DNA of 64,000 nucleotides from Phoronis australis (Eukaryota > Animalia > Phoronida), in contig NMRA01000578.1 in assembly GCA_002633005.1 (NCBI GenBank), positions 197,952-261,951 of the forward strand, given 5' to 3'. The translations under genes and the position numbers were made by a program. The notes below the pieces were generated by a model. That model was not told the DNA's origin. It did not search any database and saw nothing but the letters and a program-made list of their open reading frames with translations. Positions 11,797 to 23,655 of this stretch are shown piece after piece; positions within the stretch are counted from its first letter, which is position 1, and every line of letters begins with the position of its first letter.

Positions 11797-13722
11797 TATG
11801 GAAAGCCAAAGGCTGAAGAAATTCCAGGGCATAAATTTTCTATTCAAGGATTAAATTCTCTGCAGGACCAAAATACTCTCAAAACCAAAATTTATCATGC
11901 CTGGTCACAAAATTAATCACGCCAGGACATAAAATTTCTTGCCAGGAGAAAATTTCTTGCAGGAGGAAATTTCATACCAGGAGACCACATGACAATAACG
12001 ATCCGCTGTGTCTATGTAATAGGCCTACTCAGTTGTATTCAAGTCCAGTGTGTCCAAGTGTACGTTGTTGTAAAACGTGGAAGAGACGTCAGACATTAAA
12101 CCTCATTGTCACGATAATGTGGATTGTTCTAAAACCCCCTCGACCCCCACACCCCTCGACCCCCTAGACTCACAACATCTTCGACCCACGACCCCCTCGA
12201 CCCACAACCCCCTCGACCCAAAGCCGGCCTCCAGTTCAGTAACGCTAGGACCTCGCTAAAAAACAAGACTTCGAGAGATTACGTGACTTTGACTAGGTTT
12301 TAGCTAGGTCCTAGCGTAGGTCCTAGCGTCTACTGAACGCACGCCGGGTTCGGCTCCGTCAGGTAATCGACTCACCGGCTTCGCTGTGTCTGTACAACTG
12401 TAGGTATACATACCGGCACAACTAGCAGCAGACAGCCTAGTCTTGGTACAAAACTGTATACTAAATATACAGCTTTGCACCGATGTGGGTAAAAAAGTGG
12501 TAAAATAAAACCTGACACTATATTAGTGTCATTAAAAGCTACAGTCTTCATACAGCTAGCTGGCTGGCTACAGACAGCCACAAGTTTCAAAAGCACCATA
12601 AACAGGCGTATATAATCGAACCAGGAACAACCCACCTTATCTGAGAGAAACGCCAGACGGACCTCCGACCGGAAGCACCGAAAACAGGCCGATCCTCCTT
12701 TTGCCCCATAGCAGTACAGGAATGCCGACGATAGACAGGAATCACGAACCATTTTTCAGTTTGGCGCATCAAACCGCCACTACAGCTGGACGGGAAAGTT
12801 GCCACGCGAGCTGCCACGTGCTCTGTCGGCATGAGACCTGCTCCGCGGAGTCAGTGAGTACACTAATGTGTTCGTCCGCTGTAACAACTCAAAATTCGAA
12901 TTTATTACATCAAGATATGAGCTGTGCAGCACTGAAATTAGTGGGCGGGCACTATAGCCTCCAGCTTCCTATGGTGCGTCGCCCGTGCAAGATTATTTTT
13001 CAAAACGGGTAAAATACATTAAACGTATTTAACGACAGCCCCATACCTGACACTGGATAATTACAATAAAGAGACAAATTCGGTCACAATGAAGTATGAA
13101 TCATGATGAAATGCCCAACGTTCAACTGAGAATTACACTGACTTTATCTCAGACAAGACTTCAGCAATTGTTCGGGGATTTTTTTCGATTTTCTTATGTG
13201 AATGTGCTTTTCTTTTGCTTTTATTTTCGCAAAAAAAATTGCTAGGCCTATGATCGTCGACCTCTCTGTTCCACCACGACTTCAACGAAAGTCACTCAGC
13301 GACGTAATAAGACTATGAAATATCGGCAAAAAGCGCAAAAATACATCTACAGCCACAGGTCGTGGGTCTAGGGGTTCGTGGGTCGTGGGGGTCGTGGGTG
13401 CAGTGTCGAGGGGGTCGTGGGTCGAGAGGTGTGGGGGTCGAGGGGGTTTTAGAACTATCCCGATACTGTGACTGTCGTCGGCGAGACATTGTGTACCTAT
13501 TGCGTCATCTCTTGTGGATGATCACGTGGTCTCCTGGCATAAAATTTTCCCGACGTGAAATTTTCTGGACGTGTGAAATTTTCTGTCCTGGAGTGATAAG
13601 TTTTCGGTCCTGGCATGTTAAATCTTGGTATTGACGTGATGAATAATAGGGCCTGGGGTGTTAAATTTTGGTTTTGAGAATATTTTGATCCTAAAGAGAA
13701 TTTTATTCTTGAATAGAAGATT
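11797..13722. mobile_element. Long-TIR non-autonomous DNA transposon (IS3EU-like); right end truncated by the Penelope fragment
   Basis: 11830-11990 is the inverted copy of 13520-13722, with repeated ccagga/aaattt subunits. The left end starts TATGGAAAGCC. Confidence 0.55.
12121..13460. mobile_element. MULE/MuDR-like non-autonomous element with 9-bp TSD
   Basis: TIRs GGATTGTTCTAAAACCCCCTCGACCCCCACAC / GTGTGGGGGTCGAGGGGGTTTTAGAACTATCC with (TCGACCC)n subrepeats. Flanks CGATAATGT / CGATACTGT (one mismatch). Confidence 0.75.
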
Positions 13723-13723
13723 A

Positions 13724-14060
13724 AATCATTGTTATGAGCAATGCTCTTTCAATGACTTTGATATAATAGAGCAAGCAAAAACAACAAGGGAGCTGAAAAT
13801 TCGTGAAGCTTTACAAGCCCAGTCTCAATAGGCTACTGACACACTACAAGTTGTCATTTTTACTCTAGTCTACAGTTATACTCCCCTGTAACTGTGTCTG
13901 TGTGTCATTACCGTTGTTAGGCCTAGCAAGGTGGCCACTGTTTTTGCTTCTGAAGATGGTGTTTTAATATACGCCAAAACATGTCAAACCGAGTTAAATC
14001 CATCGTTGTTTTTATCAATATATGCTGCTAGTTGCTATTCTGGAGATCTTTAAGCTGATA
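13724..14060 (+). mobile_element. Penelope-like retroelement 3' fragment (GIY-YIG endonuclease tail plus pLTR)
   Basis: NHCYEQCSFNDFDIIEQAKTTRELKIREAL(del)KPSLNR matches the Penelope GIY-YIG C-terminal pattern (FxIL...EL.IKEAL.I....PSLN), followed by a hammerhead-like motif. Confidence 0.75.
13940..13990 (+). ncRNA. Degenerate minimal type I hammerhead ribozyme (Penelope pLTR), probably inactive
   Basis: CTGAAGA core, stem II GGTGT/ACGCC, then AAAAC where GAAAC is expected, ACATGT short palindromic stem III and GTC cleavage triplet. Confidence 0.6.
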
Positions 14061-17000
14061 TTCAAATAAATGTTTAACTCAGTTTGTCAAATACATTATT
14101 TTTACCTACAAATTATGTGATTTTACACTTGAGAATGTTCTCTTTTCGGCCAACATGATCAACAGTTAGTCAAGTCCATTTCTCCTTTTCGCATCTACAT
14201 TGAAAGCTGGTATTTTGCGATACGCAAAAAATCCTTTTTGATCTGCCGACGCCCAAAATTTGAATGCATCAGCCTGAACGGTCTGTGCTAGATATCTCCT
14301 GTTTGTGTACTTAATATATAATATTATTCAAAAAGAGTAAAATGACAATCTGTTTTTCGCTCCCGTTTTCCAGGAAATTGAGAAACTGAACATAATTTAT
14401 GTTTGTTTGATGCACTATAAGGTGGTAGGTAAAATTAATTATATTGAGAATGGCGCCTTCTCGCGTTTTAACCAATCGGACGGCAATGGTTATTTAAGTT
14501 GGCGGTCTTTGTGCTAAGTGGTTCAAACAGACTTATAAGTTATTTTGTTATACATGCATAGAAAAACGTGATGTGGCACTTGTATAAACCACCTGTTTTG
14601 TGTTACTTTATGTCAAAGTGTTTGAGCTGTGGTAAATTTATTTCAAACATTCATGTACATTTCAACTGAATTACAATACTCAATACCAGATGTTGCCAAT
14701 CGTATTTGTTTCTTCCAGGTAATTATGTCAGTTCTACAAAATTTGGAGCTTATCTCTCAAAAGTTGAAACTTCTCTTTATTATTCAAATAAACTCTGACG
14801 TCACTTCCTTATTACTGGTGTTATCCATGCAGGTTTCTTATGTGTTTAATCCTCGTAACTTTTCTGTCGTGAAATACTGAAAGGTGCCATCTGAAATGTA
14901 ACAGACACACCTTTATCTGCCTTTGAAAATAGAGCACAATTGACGGAAAACTGCACAATTTCTTGAATCTGAATGTACATACATACATACATACATTCAT
15001 ATATTAGGCCTGCAATGGTACAACTGTCATATAGGAAACATACATCTGTGTACCATGAAATTAAACAACAAAGAGTAAAGCAACATGGAGTATTCAACAA
15101 ATCTATTCATAGGGAAATAGTCATGTCCTGGTCCATTTACGTGTATTTGATTCATGTTTTGATACGCAATGACGATTATTAACCCAGTCGACAAGTCTTG
15201 GAATTTGAGAAAAGGTTGAATTTTTTTCACAAAATCGGTTATTTGTGAAGTGACAAGCGTGACTAACGCATTGGATAAAATAATGGCTCACTGTGGGGAA
15301 TGACTGCTAACATCGAAAGACAGGGTCATTTTGTTCTATAATGAAGAAATAGTTTAGCTGAGTAACGATTTCTTTCTCAGTGAAGGTATGAACCCGTGCA
15401 GGTGTCGGGACAAGTTAAGATGTTGGGTGAAATCTCTGAAGCAGAGTTTAGCATCCTTTTAAAACTGGATTTCATCTCTATTTAGTAGCCAAAAATGAAA
15501 AATTAATTACACCACCGGTGTCACAATAGTCCTTACCGTGATGTGACTTAATTATCATTATTAAAAAGAACATTGAGACCAACAGCGAATCAAAAGAACT
15601 CTTCAGAGTTTATTGGCGTTGACCAACCTTAAAACTTTTAATTGGAACAAAAAATCATTACAACACATTCATATGAATAACAAAGGAGACAAAGAATATG
15701 GCGACCGGCGGCGTTTTTCTATGTACCAACATATTTGTTCAAACGGGCAAAATTTAACAAAACCACCTTCTTAAAATCTGAAGCTCATGTCACAGGATCT
15801 GTGAGCTAGTGACTTTCCAGTAACAAAATTTGAGCTGATGTAATATCCCATAGAGAAGTGGTGAAGGTTAGAACCAATATGACAAAATCTCTTAGACGAC
15901 CCGAGTAAGGAGACGGCTCTTTCGTTCCCTATACGAAAATGATGCATGTAGACATTGCCTGCGATTTGATTTGTTGGCTTATTCGGAAATAATTCAATAT
16001 CGGTTGAGCGTGGTAATGTTTTGAGTCCAACACGCCAAGAAAAACATTGGTAAATAAACAACGGCGAAATGCCCTTTAAGTTTTATTGATACCAAATGTT
16101 ACTGATCAAATAAATATCATCTATTCAAATTACTGTGCAAATGTATGCATATAATTGAATAATACTGCCACCCTACCAGTTGGGAGATTGTTGAAAAAGA
16201 GTTAAAAATATCTACAAAACTACAACCCAATTCATTGACTCTCAGTAAAAGCAAATATATTCTGAAAGTAAAAAATGTGTACAATTTAATTTTGAGCCTT
16301 GTATCAATCTGTGCAATTTAATTTTGATTTTTATATCACTGACCTATCATACTTTATGTCACGTGACCTTGTGTTTTGGTAAAATTAAGGAAAAATGAAG
16401 GAAGGTAGGTACGTAGAAAAATAACAACATTGAAAAATTCCCGTTGCTTTAAATGTTCAAGACGAACTCTTCAAATCGCTGTCATGGTTTCCTACATTAT
16501 TCTTGCGTTTTTGTTTTATGTAACTTGAGATTCTTTTCGAGAATGTCTTCACACAAAAATGAAACATTTTGAAAACAGTTTCCTATAGAGTTTTGGGAAG
16601 ACAATGCATAAACCACTGCGCGCACTTGAAAGATTCAAAATAATCATATTAGCACTTTCTGTGATGAGATGTTCTGAAATAAGCAACATCTTGATATTTT
16701 TAGGGGTTCTCACCGCAATTCTGCATCGACCAACACTCGCGCACGTCGACAATAACTGTCAGCATGACTGTATTTGTCTTTTTGTTTTCAAAACAACTTA
16801 CCATTAATTTATATGTCACGTCGTCCTTTTCGGAGCCGATATCGTCGGCATCGATTAAACCTTTGTGGTGGGCAACTCTTGCAGATTTTAAGACTATATC
16901 TCAGCCATCCTGTAAGTATAAAGTAGAACAAACAAAGTTTATCAATATTTCACCTTGGTCATGTAGTAGGAACCCAATCTTTTGCTCAATATGCTGTATG

Positions 17001-17269
17001 GACATATACTCTACAGCATTCAGAGGGACTGATTTCGTTTTTCTCCCAATATATTTGCTCTACGGAACGCAGTAACGCGGCATCGTACACTCGTGAATTC
17101 ATCGTTTATCGTGATTTCTCACACGAAAGTGTTTGGTGAATATGTAAAAAAGGATTTTAATAGAAAATCAAAAAATATTTGCTTTCATTTGAAAGGTGGT
17201 GAACTGTTTGAGCATGTTAAAATCAAATTTTAAAACACTTTTCTTTCTTATAAGTAAGAGTTATAAGTT

Positions 17270-17592
17270 TTCTTACGTTCCATGTATTTGTGTATAATAA
17301 TTGTATATAGATTTCTTTGTATGCATTTAACCCAGACACAATGCCTCTTGGCGCTTTCTGGGTATGTATATTTATTGTACTGAATATTTCATAATAAACA
17401 TTTAAAAAACATGACATTAGTTGGTGACATTGCGTGAACTGTAGATAATAAGTCTAAAAAGAACCCTGTCCCGACCGAGGTTCGAACCCGGACTTTCTGC
17501 TTGCAATGCAGAAAATCTCGGGTTCGAGCCCCGGTTGGGAGAGAGATTTTTTCTCACTTAACTGTGATGTGACCAATATATGGCGTGAAAAA
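17270..17592. mobile_element. Palindromic element with two inverted tRNA-like halves (unit 1 copy); carries a small LINE/SINE-type 3' tail insert at about 17281-17410
   Basis: ccgaccgaggttcgaacccggactttctgc-ttgcaat-gcagaaaatctcgggttcgagccccggttggg hairpin. Orthologous copies at 30770-30960, 43908-43976 (half) and 55204-55385. Confidence 0.7.
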
Positions 17593-19233
17593 ATAGATAA
17601 ACATTTCGTATAGTTTATCAACACGCTAATTTTTTCTTCTTGGTACACTTTCCTCACCTTATAGAGAATTGACAGCTGTTACACTAACGGCCGACCGACC
17701 AATCTTGTCGTTTCTTCATGCTGGCCATTTTTGGTTTATATTTTTAATATTTTGATTGAGGTCGCATTTGTAATCTGATCCTTCTATATGCATGGTTAAC
17801 CTGTGGCTGTTTATTTTTCCAAGAAAAGTTGTAAGCGACTTTCAGTCGTTAATACTTACTCTTATTTCCTTTCGATTTCATCGTTTGAACACGTGTCAGT
17901 ATCTCGATACACAGAATGTTGAATAGGGAGTCGTGATATCAGTTATAAGTTATTGCGATCTGCCCGCGAATTTGATTCAATTAGATATCGATAACCATCA
18001 GATAGTGTTGCTACAACAAACAGTTATGTATCAGTTCAACGCATGGCTACAATTCAATTAGACATCGATAATTATCACATAGTGTTATTACACGGTAGAG
18101 CATGCTGTTGGCGAAATAATAAATGATTAGTTGTTCCAGTTCAACGCAAGGATACAAACATCAAAATGATTGCAAGTATTTCTATATCTCAATAACGCAG
18201 TACCGATAACCATGACTACTGGCTGCAGAACACTTACCAGCAAAATGGAACGCTTGTCACTGGAGAGAGCCTTAGTCACTGTCCACAAAACAATTACCGG
18301 TTACTGTAGGAACTCGTGGGACGCGCAACGAACCCTATGGTGCATGGTAAATTCGTGTAGTTAAATTTCAGCTTTTACCGTGAGAGTTCCTTGCGCTTGG
18401 TAAGAGTTTTTTCGGTGACTGGTAAGTATTTTGTAAAGGGTGGTAAGAGCTTCCCTTCATGTCCGTGTCATATGCTGTGCGGCACAAAGTCATTAGAGGT
18501 TTGAATACCATCCCCGTGGCAAATCAAGGTTTTGACACATCAAGAAGAGAAATAAATTCTCCGCCGTGAAATCACTACTCACCTGGAAAACGACGTCTAG
18601 TTGTCGGATGACACAGCCACACGACAAACTTAGTGCATTTGACGCAATACTTCGCCATGTTTAGTTTGGTAGGGCCTGTTAATTAAGATAATTCGGCAAC
18701 ATTTGACTATGTTTTGACCCTTTGACAAAACAACAACTTATTACCACTCGTCCATTGTAGTTACCTGCCGAAAAGACTTCAAAAATTTTAACACAGCCAG
18801 TTTTATAGACTATAAAATAAATATCTTGAAGACCACTCGTTGTGTAACTTCAATAGATGAGTCTTTATAAGTTGTTGAAGATTGACTCCAAACTCCATTC
18901 ACAAAAGTACTATACTTTTTAGAGTCCCGTTTAAAAAAGGCACTTAACTGTTTTTTCTACGTAGAATTTATTTACATTACAGAGTTTAAAAATAAAAAAT
19001 TGAATGTGTTTATACATTCATAGAAAACAAGTTTTACAACTGAAAAGTATATTCTGAAAAACACTAATCCTAGACCAGCTGATCTCTGAATACCAACGGA
19101 GTATATCTCCGCTGATTAAACGTAGTAACTCAGTCATGTACAATTGTTCGTTTTTAGATGAACAATTAAATTTAAAAATCTCAGGGCAACGTGGGAATGT
19201 ACTTTATGTTGTTAACTTGCAATATTTGGAGAA

Positions 19234-19417
19234 TAAAACAGCTTATTATTTAAAATGACTTATTTTTATTAAAATGACAAAGGCAAAAATGAAGTTTGGG
19301 CCTCAAAAGAGAGGCGTCCAATATTAATATAGGTGGCCTCGTTTTTGAGGCTCGAAATACAATTTTGCCTATGTCGTTTTAATAAGAATACGTCATGTTA
19401 AATAATAAGCTGTTTTA
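19234..19417. mobile_element. Palindromic AT-rich MITE, also at 58177-58411
   Basis: taaaacagcttattattt...aaataataagctgtttta folds back over its whole length. Absent at the orthologous unit 2 site (about 32500). Confidence 0.75.
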
Positions 19418-21110
19418 AATGTTTTTTATAAAAATGGTTGTTTTGCAAGAATTGTGATATGGAAACAAAAACTTAGTCACATGGGGCACATGTTTGAAGA
19501 TGACAAATAAATTGTGACCTCAGTTTTAACATGGCGAATATTAGAGAAAACTGCGCTGAACTGTGCCTAAACTAAAAAAGTAGCAAACTTAATGATTGTT
19601 AGACAACTTTCAATTGAGCTAATCAATAACGAAAGAGCGACACCTATAATTTTGTCAATGTTTTTACGTTTTCTTGACCATAAACCACCCCAAAACCGAT
19701 TGTCAACTGCCAAACAATCCTGACACTCTTTGCCCTCGCTTTCAAATCCGTCTAGTGCTCCTAGCTTGTCCAGAAGTTCTGCAAAAAGAGAAAAGTCGTT
19801 ATAGCTTTGGCGTCTCAGTTGAACGAAAAATTATAATTTTTCGCACTTTTTAGTGTCCTAGAAGACGGATACATTTTTCTGGTTTTTGACACAGTGAATC
19901 GACATTCCCAATTTTGGCAATTTCATCATGACAGGGGTGAAGTTATTTGGTTGCCTTTGCGGCCACGTCCTCTGCTACCAACTTATTTTAATTTGAAGTT
20001 GGCTTTCCTCTAACTCCAACTTGTTGTTGTATCTATATAAAAATTGCCAAAAGCCAATTAATGAAAGATGTACTGCTCTCGGTATTTTACTTCACGTTCC
20101 AAAATACAATGAGACGATCAAACTTGTTCCTGAATTAACTTCAGGAAGTATGTTTTTTCAACAGTTTTACCTCGTCCAAGGAATATCAGTTTTTCCTTAC
20201 TATAAGCATATGTTCTAGATGTGCTCGCTCTTTTTGATATCCAAAAATGATGCCTTCAAATATAGATTAAACACGTTAAATGCGGGTTAAAGAGCTAAAA
20301 TGTCACCAAGAGTCCTAGCGTTACCATGGAATATTAGCGTGGGACTTCCTGGCTAAATTCAGAATTTGCATAGTTGTTCTGACAGATACAAAATCAAAAT
20401 AAAATAATATTCTCCACTAAATCACGCACGTCCAAATTAAAAGTTACACATTTAACTGAAACGTGTGCCTATTGCGTTGTAAACAAAATGGCAGACAATA
20501 CGAGCACGAGATCAGTTGCAAAATAACTGACTCTTACAGACAACACAATAACGACTTACCCTCTTCAGAATTTTCGTCTACAGTTCGGACATATCCATAC
20601 ATAGATAAACCAACAAGAATCACCAAAACTGCTTCCATGGTGCAGCCCCAAAACTACAGCCTGTAATATCGTACAATGTTACTGTGTAGCATTTCTCACA
20701 ATGGGGTGGGAGAGAGAGAGCACTAGAACTGGGAATTGGTTGAGCCACTGAAGCTCATCAAAAAACATAATCCGTTAGCGACAAATGCTTTAGAGTGGGG
20801 CACGATGGTGTACGATCCCAGTGTTTACCCCNTTGAGTGACGGCTTAACTGACCATTTAGAACTAATCCTTCTTGACACCTTCGTTTCCGAGCCGCCATT
20901 ATACCCGACAAACAACACGTTGCCGGGTAAAACTTATTTCTGTCAGTGTCGACATTACGCAAGGGGCGGAGCTTGAGATAGGTCAATTAACAGCTTGGTT
21001 GACATGTCGCAACTTTACTTTAAATCAACGGTAATACATATACGTGTTTAGAAAAAGTCGGTGAATGCAACATGTATTCATAAACGAGTAAAATCAAGAT
21101 GTCCACATAA

Positions 21111-21525
21111 ATGCCGTCCACACACAGACTTATCCTAGAACAAGTCACTCCTGGAACGCTTTGACGCTAGGTTTAAGTGCTGTCTGGACGATATTTGAAC
21201 TAGTGAAACTTACAACACTTGTGACAACTTATTCCGCAATATCGAGGTGGGTTAACTTGTTCTAGGCTAACTTGTGCCACTTGTAATCTCTGTGAGGCCG
21301 CAAAAAATGGGGTAGGGCGTAATTAATTATCAGCCGTGGTTACATATACAAACGGGTTTTCTTGAGCGCACCGTACTCGCATTAGGTGTTCATTGTCATG
21401 CACAGAGCGACAACTTTCGCCTTATCCTAGTAATCAGATATGTGTGTGTGTGGACGCTCTGCTTAAATGTGGGGTAAGTTGCACTAGTGCAAGTTGTTCT
21501 AGGGTAAGCTGTGTGTGGACGGGAC
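21111..21525. mobile_element. PIF/Harbinger-like MITE, also at 38054-38597
   Basis: TIRs GCCGTCCACACACAGACTTATCCTAGAACAA / TTGTTCTAGGGTAAGCTGTGTGTGGACGGG with TAA/TAC flanks. Absent in units 3 and 4. Confidence 0.7.
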
Positions 21526-21659
21526 TACAGCCATCAGTGCAGTCTGAGGTTTTAATTCTGTTACACGCAAATACGAAGTCCCTCAGCCATTACTACACGA
21601 ATAGAACTCTAGACCTGGGATAGATGTCTGTGCGCCAAAGACGGTAAGACGCGGTCTCA

Positions 21660-21976
21660 CAGGGGCGGATCCAGGATTTTGATTTAGGAGGGTCAGGGCA
21701 CAGGAATAACCAGAATTTCGTCACATGCGCGCGCCCAGCCTAAAGTGTAGGGATGCAGGGGTCTCGAATATGTGGGTTTGTGGACCTTATTTATAAAAAA
21801 ACGATAAACGGGCTTTGTTCAAGGCCTATGTATTGTGCATTGCTCCCCCCCCCCCCAGCACCCCTGGGTGCGCGCATATGTTAGTCAGCAATTCGCACCC
21901 CTAACTGCCAAATGGTTTCTGGGAGAGTTTTAGGGGGGGCATGGCCCCCTTGCCCCCACCCCCCAAATCCCCACTG
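21660..21976. mobile_element. Composite hAT-like MITE (CAGGGGCGGATCC...) with a nested second MITE
   Basis: Unit 1-specific insert with ends CAGGGGCGGATC / AATCCCCACTG and inner inverted ends catgcgcgcgcccag / ctgggtgcgcgcat. The same composite begins at 63785. Confidence 0.65.
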
Positions 21977-22904
21977 ATCTCTGGCTACACGCATGTCAGC
22001 CAACACTGACCCTTCAACAACAAATATAAGCGATGAAATGAATACAATAATCCCATTTTATGTGAATAGAATCACCAATCAATGCAATAGTGAGGAGTTT
22101 AAAACTTCCAATTCATTCATCAAATTTTTGGAAGAAAATATTTTTTAAACATTATATTATGGGAATTTTAGTTTAGATTACTTCTCATAGGGATTGCGCA
22201 ACTGAAATAAGAATTTCGAAACTGTCAAAAAATGTCTCTGCAGCAATTTAAGAACCTAGAGCATGATATGTAAATATCTTCATGTTTGCGTACCTTTCAG
22301 TCGTTCAGAGATTATCCGACTTGGCCGTCCTAAATCAATGTGATAACCGGCCGGCGACTACCGGGTTAAAAGTAAGAAGCGTGATGTTTCTGACGAGAAG
22401 TGAACCAGCACACACACACATACACACACCCACACACATATGCATATATGTAGAATTCCGTGACGTTAATGTATTTCAAAGGAATGTGTACACTATACAC
22501 AACAATGGGACGTTCGGATGTTGTGAAAAAAATGCCGCTGTACGATTGTTTTGTATAAGTGAGTCATCGTCGCCTTCATTATTCTTGGTGGCCAACCTAG
22601 AAAAAGTAGAAAGGGACTCGTGCGTATAAAGTAGAGCCATACTCCCACTAAAGAGGAAAACAGAACATGTTAAATAGGACATCCTCACACAAAACACTAT
22701 CAGAGTACAAATTTATCGGGCTGTTTGGCCCCCTGCATGAGGGAAGTCCCAGCTAGGCCCTGCGTGCCTCCTCGATGAGACACACCCCTTTTTCCTCCTC
22801 CACCTTCTCATCTTCTTCATCACCATCATCGTCATCGTCATTGTCATCGTCATCGAACTTGTCGCCTTCATCATCCTATTGTCTCTGTGACTAGTAATCT
22901 ACTA

Positions 22905-23065
22905 CCGTATTGCCGCCCCATTAGGCCCATGGGCGTCTGTGCGGAAATGCACTTATATGCAAAACTTAGGCGCATACGCCAATATGAGAAGCATTTGTAT
23001 GAAAAAGGCCGCGAAAAAAAGAATTTCGGATATAAACCTATGGGCCTAAACGCGGGGCAATACGG
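22905..23065. mobile_element. Tc1/pogo-like MITE present in all four units
   Basis: TA-CCGTATTGCCGC...GCGGGGCAATACGG-TA. Copies at about 39880-40042, 49280-49415 and 61802-61958. Confidence 0.75.
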
Positions 23066-23655
23066 TAATACTAAATCATTGGTCAAATTTCTTGAAAATA
23101 CTCCAAGAAACTCCAAAGATGCAGAAGCAAACGTAAAAATATCATTAGGACGGAGAGCGATAGTCAAAACGGGTGCGCCTATATGCAGATTAATGTATGG
23201 GCCTATGCATGACGACCTATATTACACCATTTTAAAAATTAACACTTTAAACAAGGAAATAAATGTCTGCTCTCGTTGTCGTCGTACTTTTGGGCTAAGT
23301 AATAAACGTCAGTGAGGCAAGGTCTATGAAGCATAAGTGAAATTAATAAACGCCCGGCTTCTATAAGAATCTGTACGATAAAAACAAAAATATCAGTTGA
23401 TACGGAGCCTGAATTCCCAGCACACTCAAGACTTTTCGCCACAAACTAATGCGCCAGCAGTCTCTATATGTTTTGTTGTACTTTTTGCCACTTGCACAAA
23501 ATTACGTGGTAAAAAGTGCTTGAATTTGGTTGGATTTCAAGATCCGTGGTTAGGTATTAGGCCGGTGCGTGTTTTAACACTTGAATGTTTTTACAGTGTG
23601 CGGTGAGGAGGATTTTCATCCACTGAGTTATATTTTCTTCTTAACACCAAGTTAA

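Larger units (their letters stand above)
14130..22890 (-). pseudogene. Decayed multi-exon gene, copy 1; product unidentified
   Basis: Minus-strand splice signals conserved between units (donors near 16797, 18231, 18578, 20553; acceptors near 14890, 16910, 20660). Protein-like frames such as ELKLLKKHILPEVNS, DEIDKNWECRLTV, DFKKVVLLNFARLNK and a D/E-rich exon, with many stops and frameshifts. Confidence 0.75.

Noticed and set aside
17464-17545. Possible tRNA gene (GGTTCGA motifs; also about 55250-55335)
   Set aside because: No D-arm/A-box or cloverleaf; the motifs are the arms of a palindrome.
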